Source: a virus
Length of the DNA: 64,000 nucleotides
Virus record (IMG/VR): IMGVR_UViG_3300046780_000484
Coordinates: 1 to 64,000 of that record
Strand: one strand, 5' to 3'
Below are positions 56,560-64,000 of this stretch, piece after piece. Positions within the stretch are counted from its first letter, which is position 1; the number at the start of each line of letters is the position of its first letter. The position numbers and the translations under genes were made by a program. The notes under the pieces are model-generated. The model ran no database searches, was not told the DNA's origin, and saw nothing but the letters and a program-made list of their open reading frames with translations.

Positions 56560-59500
56560 TCATGGGGCTGCCTCCCGTCCCAGTGTCAACAGGGACTGAC
56601 CGGCAGCCTCACGGATGCCTGGATCGGAGTGGTTGTAGTAGGTCTTCTCAAGGTTGCGCCGGATCATGTCCTGGGACCGCGCCGCGGCCTCAGCTACGTC
56701 GGGGACGGCCGCCGGCCGCCTCGACTTGATGACCTGGGGCTGGAACGCCAGGCCGCTGAACGCGGCCGTGGACGGGTCTGGCTGGTCAGCGATGGCGTCG
56801 ATGACGCGCTGCTGCTCAGCAAGCTTGGTGGTGTAGGTCTCGTCCTGCTGCTGGATCTTCTCCAGGAGAGGGGCGACGGCCTTGGTCACTGCGGCCTCAA
56901 TGTCAGCGGGGCCGAAAGAGGCGGCGGCGGGAGGAGCGGCCGGGGTGCCAGGCGGCAGCACGAGCACCTTGCCGCCTGCGGCCATAGCCGACTTCTCAAG
57001 GCCAGCCTGGATGCGGGCGATGTCGCCGGGGGTCGCGTCGGCGTTCGGCGCGAAGGTGATCGCAGGCTCAGCGGCCTTCTGGGCGAACTGGCGGCCGAGC
57101 TTGGCGCGGGCCTCGTCGACGGTCATCGAGCCGGACAGGACCTTCTTGCCGAGCTTCTTCCGCTGCTTCTTGAAGCCCTTGTAGATGTCGGCGTCCATGA
57201 ACAGGCCGTCCCGCTCAGGCTCGGCCTTGAGGGCAGCGACGGGAGCGCCGGCCCTGGTCGGAGGATTGGCGGCGATGGCGTCCAGGTCCAGCTGAAAACC
57301 CTCGCCCTTGCCGATGCCCGCAGGCTGGGGCACGGGGTGGTTCTCGGCCTGCTGCGGACCGTCCAGGGCCATGGGGCACACCGGGGGGAACTGGCGGGAC
57401 AGGTGCTCGTGCATCCGGACGAGGGCCTGCCGCTGGGCTTCCTTCTCCATCGCCGCGTAGGACAGCTGGGTGGGGACGCCCTGCTCGGACGGGTACTCGA
57501 ACGACGCCTTCATGAAGCTGGGCGACGGGGACTGGTGCCCGGACGACAGCGGCGGCCGGTCGAAGCTGTGCGCGTCCGGGGCGCTGCTCGCGACCTGCGG
57601 GGAGGTGTTCGGCCCGCCGTGGTCGGTGGCGTACGCGGACCGTCCGTCCGTCAGGACCGGGCGGTTGTACGACTGCGGGGACACGCAGCCCGGCGTCGGG
57701 TACGACCCGGGGCCGGGGTTGGCGTCACGGAACGCCTTGTGCAGCTCGAGCCGCCAGTCGTTCAGGTCGGCCGGGCTGGCGGTCTTCAGCAGCAGGGCCG
57801 CCTGCCAGGTCTCCTGCGCCTTCATGGCGGCCTCGAGCGGGCCGGCGGCGGCGGCGAGGGTCTTGCGCTGCCACGCCCCGGAGTCGATCAGGGTGCCGAG
57901 GTCGGCGTACGGGTGGTACTTCGCGACCTGCTCGGGGTGGAACGCGGGGCAGGTCAGGTCGTGGAGGCGGCCCAGGTCCTCGTCGGCGCCGGTCGCCTTG
58001 AACCGCAGCAGCGCGGCGACTTCCGGGTCCGGGGCGAGGTCGGGCACCGCGGACTTGCCGCTGTCGCCGTCGGCCATGCCGGCGTCGGCCTCGAAGGATT
58101 CCGCCTCCGCCCCGTCCGGCTCCCGGTGCGCGGGGACGGGCTTCATCGACTCGCCGACCGCACCCGACGCGGACGCCGGAGTGGCGCCCTTGGTCGACGC
58201 CGGGCCGTCGGACTCCATCAACTCGGGGACGGGTGCGCAGGTCATGTCGTGGGTGCCGGCCACGCCTGCCGCCTGCGCGGGGGTGGTGTGGCACTTGGAG
58301 CACACGATGTCGCTGGTGCCCTCGACCCCGGTCCACAGGTGGTCGGTGACGGACTTGCACGCCTTGGAGGCGTCGTCCGAGTCATCGCTGCCGGAGTCGT
58401 CGTCAGCAGGCTTGTTGAGCCACGGGGGGAGCTTCTTCTTCTTGGCCTTGGCCTTCTTGACCGGCTTGTCCTTGGGCTCGGGCTCGGGGTCCTTGGTGAC
58501 CTCAGGCTCGGCTTCGGCCTTCGCCGCCTGCTCTTGCACGGCCGCCCTGGCGGCAGCCGCCTTGTCGGCAATGACATCATCGAGCAGCGCGCGGCCGGCC
58601 TCTTCCAGGCTGCCGCCCTTGCTCACGCCGTCGCTCTCATCGAGCGGATTGGCCACACCCAGCTCCTCTGCCCTGCGGGCGATAAGGCGGCGCGCAGCCG
58701 CTGTGTCACCGTGACCCGAGCGCGCCAGCGTGGCAGCGTTCCCCAGGTCCCCGGCGTTCTCGATCGGGTACGACAGGTTCGGGAGTGCCTTGCCGTCCGC
58801 CGCCAGCCGGCGCCTCGTCGCGGTGTCGATGTCCCGCTTGTAGACCGCCGCCTCGGCGTCCGTGACGGCCTTGAGGGCGAGGTCGTCGTAGTGCTGGCCG
58901 ACCGCGAGCTTGCGGCTCAGCGTGTTCAGCTTGGCGATGTCGGCGGGCGAGATGGACAGGGACAGGCTGGCGGGCAGGTCGACGTTCACCAGTTCGTCGG
59001 GGGCCGGCCACGTGTCGGTGCCGCCGCCCTTGGTCAGCAGGTTCCCGCCGGTCACCTTGGCGAGCAGCGCGGGAGGTGCCGCCTTGGCGATCTCTTCCTG
59101 CGAGCCGACCATCTCGCCGGCGAACCCGAAGTCGTCCCCGCCACCCGCCGACTTGCGGGTGATCTGGAACTTGCTGGAGAAATTGGAACCCCGGTCGACC
59201 ACGCTCAGCTCGGCGATCTTGCTCAGCCCGTCCGGCCGGCCGGTGATGATGCCGCCCGTGGCCGCGCCGCGAGGGTCCAGGGCCTTGTCCGGGCCGAACT
59301 TGATGTGCGGCATCGAGATGCCCACCGAGTAGTCGTTCAGGACCCCGGTGCGGACGAAGTGCTTGGCCAGCGGGTCGCAGATCAGGCTCTTGACGTAGTG
59401 GCCGTCCGTGGTGACCTGAACGTCGTGGCCCTTGCCGACCGGCCGCTTCGGGTCGTGGCTCATGCGGACGTTGCCGCCCGTCGCGGCCCATTCCTTCAGC

Positions 59501-59685
59501 GCGACGGCACTCCACTGCGGGTCCACGATCTGCCGGTCCGCGTCCACGGTGCCGTCCGTGGCCTTGCCGACAATCCAGATGTCAGGCGTCCCGTCGACCG
59601 GGTTGATGGAGTCGGTGTCCTCTTGCTTCTCGATCGGGAAGCTGAAGTGCAGCAGCTCCTGATCGGCATCAAGCGTTGTGGCCAC
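56560..59685 (-). CDS. Prohead protease-scaffold fusion
   Basis: GKATDGTVDADRQIVD, VRMSH, PVGK, YSVG and ELSVVDR HK97-type protease motifs; DUF6582-like SYPIEN..DL.NA; long low-complexity scaffold. Confidence 0.85.
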   Translation of the reverse strand: MATTLDADQELLHFSFPIEKQEDTDSINPVDGTPDIWIVGKATDGTVDADRQIVDPQWSAVALKEWAATGGNVRMSHDPKRPVGKGHDVQVTTDGHYVKSLICDPLAKHFVRTGVLNDYSVGISMPHIKFGPDKALDPRGAATGGIITGRPDGLSKIAELSVVDRGSNFSSKFQITRKSAGGGDDFGFAGEMVGSQEEIAKAAPPALLAKVTGGNLLTKGGGTDTWPAPDELVNVDLPASLSLSISPADIAKLNTLSRKLAVGQHYDDLALKAVTDAEAAVYKRDIDTATRRRLAADGKALPNLSYPIENAGDLGNAATLARSGHGDTAAARRLIARRAEELGVANPLDESDGVSKGGSLEEAGRALLDDVIADKAAAARAAVQEQAAKAEAEPEVTKDPEPEPKDKPVKKAKAKKKKLPPWLNKPADDDSGSDDSDDASKACKSVTDHLWTGVEGTSDIVCSKCHTTPAQAAGVAGTHDMTCAPVPELMESDGPASTKGATPASASGAVGESMKPVPAHREPDGAEAESFEADAGMADGDSGKSAVPDLAPDPEVAALLRFKATGADEDLGRLHDLTCPAFHPEQVAKYHPYADLGTLIDSGAWQRKTLAAAAGPLEAAMKAQETWQAALLLKTASPADLNDWRLELHKAFRDANPGPGSYPTPGCVSPQSYNRPVLTDGRSAYATDHGGPNTSPQVASSAPDAHSFDRPPLSSGHQSPSPSFMKASFEYPSEQGVPTQLSYAAMEKEAQRQALVRMHEHLSRQFPPVCPMALDGPQQAENHPVPQPAGIGKGEGFQLDLDAIAANPPTRAGAPVAALKAEPERDGLFMDADIYKGFKKQRKKLGKKVLSGSMTVDEARAKLGRQFAQKAAEPAITFAPNADATPGDIARIQAGLEKSAMAAGGKVLVLPPGTPAAPPAAASFGPADIEAAVTKAVAPLLEKIQQQDETYTTKLAEQQRVIDAIADQPDPSTAAFSGLAFQPQVIKSRRPAAVPDVAEAAARSQDMIRRNLEKTYYNHSDPGIREAAGQSLLTLGREAAP

Positions 59686-59749
59686 ACGGCTCCTTGCTGT
59701 CGGCGTCCATGACGGGGTGGCCGCCCGTCAGGCGTGCCACGATGAAGGA

Positions 59750-60061
59750 ATGAGCGGGTACTGGACTCCCTTGCGCGACGAGTCACGCAGGTACTGGCAG
59801 CGCGTACGCAACCAGCGCGAAGCCGAGGAGCGCAGCCGACGGGAATGGATCAGCGAGGTCAAGCAGCGCCTCGGCATCGTCTGCTGGGGCGACGAGGCAC
59901 CCTCGCGGCCACTCCCCGACTGGCCGGCCCTCCCCGAAGGAACCCGGCCCGGCGACTGGAAGGTCGTCAGCGAGCAGGCCGTGGCATCCCGCGACGGCAT
60001 CAACTTCTACGTGAAGCCCGAGGGGATGCCGCTCACCGAATGGTGGGACTCAATCCCCTAG
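59750..60061 (+). CDS. Hypothetical protein (moron)
   Basis: Opposite-strand ORF with CACGAT 6 nt upstream. Confidence 0.5.
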   Translation: MSGYWTPLRDESRRYWQRVRNQREAEERSRREWISEVKQRLGIVCWGDEAPSRPLPDWPALPEGTRPGDWKVVSEQAVASRDGINFYVKPEGMPLTEWWDSIP

Positions 60062-60282
60062 TCCTCGTCGCTGCTGTCGTCAGGCGGCTGCAGCGGCGTC
60101 CACAGTCGCGTCCGCGCCTGCCACCTGCTGCCGAGCCGGTCATCCCCGAGGGCCATCACGTAGCCCCGGGGGGTCATCACTGCCCCGCCTGCCAGGTCCA
60201 CGGTGACCCCGGCGTTCTCCAGGGCGTTCAGGGCGTCAGCGACGGCGGACAGGAGGCGGGCGGGGTCAGATATCAGGCTCAT
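60058..60282 (-). CDS. Hypothetical protein
   Basis: Overlapping late-operon ORF. Confidence 0.55.
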   Translation of the reverse strand: MSLISDPARLLSAVADALNALENAGVTVDLAGGAVMTPRGYVMALGDDRLGSRWQARTRLWTPLQPPDDSSDED

Positions 60283-60457
60283 CGCCTGCTGCCGCCAGGT
60301 AGTCGGCCAGGAGCCCTTCCGGCTCGCTTTCCCCTGCGAAGGTGACCGCGAACCGGAACTCCGCTCCCCGGCCGGCCAGGTTGGCGTTCAGCTCGTCCAC
60401 GATCTGCCGGGCCACGGCCAGCTGCTCCCGCTCGTATTCGGTGACGGAGAGCTTCAC
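60266..60457 (-). CDS. Hypothetical protein
   Basis: Overlapping late-operon ORF. Confidence 0.45.
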   Translation of the reverse strand: MKLSVTEYEREQLAVARQIVDELNANLAGRGAEFRFAVTFAGESEPEGLLADYLAAAGDEPDI

Positions 60458-60521
60458 GCGCTCGCGGGCCGGAGGCGGAGCCGCTTCCTGGCGCGCTGCT
60501 CGTCCCGCAGCGGCCAGCCGG

Positions 60522-60680
60522 TCACAGCACTGCGCCGGTCTCAGCGTCCCGGTTCAGGAATACGACCGGGCTCCCGTCATTCGCGACGAACGCTATCCAG
60601 CTCGCGTCTGCCGGTTCGATCCACCCCTGGTGTCCGGTGCTCTCGGGGTGGCCGTACCTGCCTACGGTGATGTTGCCCAC
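60522..60680 (-). CDS. Small hypothetical protein
   Basis: RBS GGAGGTGA; GWIEP.D.SWI.FV..DG.P..FL.RD..TGAV. Confidence 0.6.
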   Translation of the reverse strand: MGNITVGRYGHPESTGHQGWIEPADASWIAFVANDGSPVVFLNRDAETGAVL

Positions 60681-60811
60681 GGCTCTCACCTCCTCTCGGT
60701 GCATGCCTGGCCAGCATCGAAACGCGACCTGCGGAAACGTGGAGTCTTTGCAGGTCAGATGAGCTGGCCAACTAATGCTGCGGTGCCATCGGGGCACTTC
60801 GTAAAGCTATT

Positions 60812-63800
60812 CTACTTACCCTCTTCCATCTGCGCGTGCTGTGCGGGCCAGTAGCCGAGCGCCCTGTGGTGCATGAGATTTGCGTAGCCCTTGGCCTGCT
60901 CGTCGGTCATGTGGGCGTGCTCTTTCAGCAGCGCGACCGCGCGCATGAAGTCGCCGTCGGTACCCCAGGCAATTTCGTCGGCGTAGGCGAAGTCCGTCGG
61001 GCCGCCGTGGGCTTCGTGCGTCCAGTACTCGCGTAGCGTCTCGGCGTCACCCTTGTTCGCGGGGTCGTCGCCCTGATGCAACTGACTGCTGTGCGTCTGC
61101 AGCGCTTGGGGCATCCACCGGGCCGGGACCGTCCCCACGTAGGCGAGGACCGGCTTGCCGAGCTTGAAGTGCCGCGCCATTCCCCGGTGATGGCCGTCGA
61201 TGATGATCTCCCGGCCGTCGGGGTGGTTCGCCTGGTGGACGAGGACCGACGGGTTGGTGTGCGCCCCGCCCCTCGCGATGTCCTTGGCGAACCGCTGTAC
61301 CGCTTCCGGCTGGTGGCTGGCGGCCCACGAGTCGATGTCGTCGTCGTCGACGCGCGACCAGGGAACGTTGACGGGCCCGACCCATGTCGAATGCTTGACC
61401 CATTCCAGCGCGGAGTCCGGGAAATTGCCCTCTAGCTGGGCATATACGTGCCGCCATTCCACCGGGTTCGCGTCGGTGACGTGCTGCGCGCCCTTGGGGA
61501 GGTCGTGGACGACGTTGCTGCCGGCCTCCGGGGACCATTCCTCCACCGTCTCGGCCGGGTCGAACGCCTCAGGCTCGGCGGTGTGCGGCTTGTACGGCTC
61601 CGGGGTTCGTGCCGGAACGGAGCCGACTACCGGGTGCCCGGAGTCGTTCGCGGACTTCACCCCGGACGGCGGCACCCCGGTACGGCCGCCGACGGGAGAG
61701 GCGGCAGGGGTGAGCGTGTTCTGCGGCGCAGGCCACATCTCGTCGTGCGCGTACCCCTGGTTCGGGAACGCCACGGCGGGAGGGTTTGGCTTGCGCCCGC
61801 GCGAGGGCATCTCCCCGTCATCCCCGCCGCGGGGCTCGAGCGTGTCGTGCGGCTCCGGCTCGGCCATGTCGTCGGACCAGCGCGGCGGTTCCCCGCCCGC
61901 GCTTCCGGCATCGCCTGGAACGGCCCCAGGGCCCGCGTCAGGCCATTCCGAGCCGTCCGCCCTGTGCGGATAGGGCCAGCGGCTGCCGACCGCCTGGAGC
62001 GCCTGCGAGGCCGGGGTGAGGGTGAGGACTTCCCCGTTCGCGTTCACCATGCGCTGGAGGGCCTTGGTGACGTGCTCCCGCAGGGTGATGCCGTGCTCCC
62101 AGTCCTCGCGGAACTTCGGGGCCAGGTCCAGGGCGGCGATCTCCTTGCGGCGGAACCACGCCGCGCCCCGCGTCTCGTCCGGGGTGGCCCCGTCGAGGGT
62201 GGGGTGGAAGTACGCGGTGTCGCACAGCCACAGGTACACCTGCGTCTTGCCGTCGTCCTCCACATGGTGGAAGGTCCCCGCGATCCGCAGTTCAGGGAAC
62301 TGGCCGATCTCCTCGGCCGTCTCCCGGAGCACAGCGGTCCACGAGTCCTCACCCACGTGCGGCTTCCCGCCCGGCATGCCCCAGGTGCCGTCGGGGCGCT
62401 GCTGGAGCAGGAACCGCCACTTGCCGTCCTCGTCGCGGGCGCGCAGCAGCAGCCAGACGAGGCGCGTCTCGTCGTCTACGGCGGCGGATTTACCCAGGTG
62501 CGCCAGCGGCGGCTCAGCTTCCACGCCTGCTGGCGCAGGTACGCATCGGCAAGCCGGATGGACCAGCCCCAGTACGCCCCCCGCCGAGAAGACGGCATCG
62601 AGCGGGATTTCTCCGTCATCGGCGGCGTCCTTGCACAAGTCACAGGCGTTAGGCGACAGCAGCAGGTGCTTGAACTGCACCCCGTGGTCGCGGTAGCACT
62701 GGATGGCCGCGCTGTTGACCGCCCTGGCCACTTCGGTCCGGGCGATGAGTTCCGCGCGGACGCTGTTGTTCCCCAGCCCGGTGCGGGCGACCTGCTGGAG
62801 CCAGTGCTCCCCCTCGGAGCCGATGAACCCGGCCAGCGCCTCAGGGTCCTCCCCCTTGGCGCTGAAGTCCGCGGGAGCGCCCGTGACGAGGGACTTGGCC
62901 GCCGCGTAGCCGAGGTGCCACGCTTCGGTCCACAGGGGCGCCAGGACGCCGGAGAAGACGTCCCGCACCTCGTCGGAGATCAGGTCCCGCAGGGTGGCGT
63001 TGCTGACGTACATGCCCCCGGTGGCGGCCTTGCGGCGCAGGTCCGAGCCTTTGGCCTCGGCGTCGTGGAACGCCTGCCCGATGAGGTTCTTGTACGCGCC
63101 GACCAGGCCGAGGTCGCGCTCCCAGCCGGGCCAGTGCGCGGCGGCCTTCGTCACCTCGCCTGCCGGCGGGTATGAATCAGGGACGGGCCGGGGGCTGCCG
63201 CAAGCGACCGGCCCGTCGTCGTCAGCCTTGAGGCAGATGTCCCCGGCGCGTTCCACAGCCGTGTCGATCAGCACGCCCCTGGCGATGTCCTCGGCGATCA
63301 TCCCGAGGGCGCGTTCCGGGATGTGCTCCGTCACCCACGTGCTGATCTGCCGGCCCTTGCGCAGGTGCCGGGCCAGCGCGCCGAGCTCGGAGTCGACGGC
63401 CTTCTTGCGGCTGCCGGCGACGGACGACCGTGACGGGGTGCCCCCCGTGCGCGGGCCGGGCGACTGGATCGCTCCGGCGGCTGCGGAGTGGGCGGGGGTG
63501 ACAGACTCCCGGTGCGGCGACACTGGTGCGGGATGCGAGCCGTTCGGCCGGGTCTGGCCGCCGCGGCGGACGGCCGGCTGGCTGTTCCGGGTCCGCGACG
63601 ACGTGGTGCGCTGCCCGGAGTTCGTCCCCTGGCCCCCGGCGCCGCCGCCCTGCATGTTCGCGATGAGCTGCGGGGCCATCGAGAACGGGATCGGCCCCTG
63701 CGCCGTGAACACGACCGGCTCGCCCGTCTCCTGCAGGCCCCACGGGGGCATGTCCAGCCGGTCCCGCACCTCGTCGATCGAGGAGATGCCGTTCTGCACC

Positions 63801-64000
63801 TGCTCGACGCCCAGCTGCGTGATCGCGGCCTTGTCCTCGTCGTCCTGCAGGCCCTCGAAGGAGAACTTCATGTCGTGCTGGCCGCAGATGTCCTGCAGGA
63901 CGTAGTTGGCGATGCCGCACAGGGTCATCAGCAGCGGCTTGGTGGACTTGCGGGACTTCGGGTCCCGGGAGGCCTGCGCGCCGAGCTTGATGCCCGACGC
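60812..64000 (-). CDS. Portal protein C-terminus fused to MuF-like, NUDIX and ParB-like domains (5' truncated)
   Basis: GISSIDEVRDRLDMPP (portal end); RAELIARTEVARA, CDLC and HPACRC (MuF); WGMPGG....E....A..RETAEEIG (Nudix box); IIIDGHHR (ParB-like). The frame is open to the window edge. Confidence 0.85.
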   Translation of the reverse strand, partial: ASGIKLGAQASRDPKSRKSTKPLLMTLCGIANYVLQDICGQHDMKFSFEGLQDDEDKAAITQLGVEQVQNGISSIDEVRDRLDMPPWGLQETGEPVVFTAQGPIPFSMAPQLIANMQGGGAGGQGTNSGQRTTSSRTRNSQPAVRRGGQTRPNGSHPAPVSPHRESVTPAHSAAAGAIQSPGPRTGGTPSRSSVAGSRKKAVDSELGALARHLRKGRQISTWVTEHIPERALGMIAEDIARGVLIDTAVERAGDICLKADDDGPVACGSPRPVPDSYPPAGEVTKAAAHWPGWERDLGLVGAYKNLIGQAFHDAEAKGSDLRRKAATGGMYVSNATLRDLISDEVRDVFSGVLAPLWTEAWHLGYAAAKSLVTGAPADFSAKGEDPEALAGFIGSEGEHWLQQVARTGLGNNSVRAELIARTEVARAVNSAAIQCYRDHGVQFKHLLLSPNACDLCKDAADDGEIPLDAVFSAGGVLGLVHPACRCVPAPAGVEAEPPLAHLGKSAAVDDETRLVWLLLRARDEDGKWRFLLQQRPDGTWGMPGGKPHVGEDSWTAVLRETAEEIGQFPELRIAGTFHHVEDDGKTQVYLWLCDTAYFHPTLDGATPDETRGAAWFRRKEIAALDLAPKFREDWEHGITLREHVTKALQRMVNANGEVLTLTPASQALQAVGSRWPYPHRADGSEWPDAGPGAVPGDAGSAGGEPPRWSDDMAEPEPHDTLEPRGGDDGEMPSRGRKPNPPAVAFPNQGYAHDEMWPAPQNTLTPAASPVGGRTGVPPSGVKSANDSGHPVVGSVPARTPEPYKPHTAEPEAFDPAETVEEWSPEAGSNVVHDLPKGAQHVTDANPVEWRHVYAQLEGNFPDSALEWVKHSTWVGPVNVPWSRVDDDDIDSWAASHQPEAVQRFAKDIARGGAHTNPSVLVHQANHPDGREIIIDGHHRGMARHFKLGKPVLAYVGTVPARWMPQALQTHSSQLHQGDDPANKGDAETLREYWTHEAHGGPTDFAYADEIAWGTDGDFMRAVALLKEHAHMTDEQAKGYANLMHHRALGYWPAQHAQMEEGK

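Noticed and set aside
54844-59712. 1622-aa plus-strand ORF
   Set aside because: Antisense shadow of the capsid and protease genes, common in GC-rich DNA; no recognisable motifs.
1-64000. tRNA, rRNA, reverse transcriptase/DGR, terminase and folE genes
   Set aside because: None was recognised by eye. Terminase and the portal N-terminus presumably lie beyond position 64000.

Overview
This is a 64-kb high-GC segment of a temperate actinobacterial siphovirus. It is most likely in non-integrated form: phage genes flank the integrase on both sides and an attP-like site looks intact. The left part (mostly + strand) carries a replication initiator with internal iterons, a helicase loader, DnaB, many small early genes, a tyrosine integrase/repressor/excisionase module, a queC-queE-queD-dpdA-like 7-deazaguanine cassette, a BldC homologue and secreted proteins. 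The right part (- strand, read from 64000 leftwards) carries a portal-MuF-NUDIX-ParB fusion, prohead protease/scaffold, a major capsid gene split by a 282-nt group I intron, a free-standing LAGLIDADG endonuclease, a sugar-synthesis/glycosyltransferase cassette, head-tail and tail genes, tape measure, membrane genes and an amidase endolysin, with three HNH endonucleases interspersed. Three signals stand out. (1) A transposase-less TnpB cassette (antitoxin-like regulator, DNA methyltransferase, TnpB, IS200/IS605 right end) sits inside a phage gene. Its predicted guide is the displaced 3' half of that gene, and it carries a synonymously recoded replacement, which suggests an RNA-guided homing element. 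(2) Two late genes are broken in frame exactly at a rare TTA codon, with take-off/landing codons suggesting UUA-triggered translational bypassing. (3) The ORF-less capsid intron lies next to a free-standing homing endonuclease. All protein assignments come from motif recognition by eye; no database search was run.
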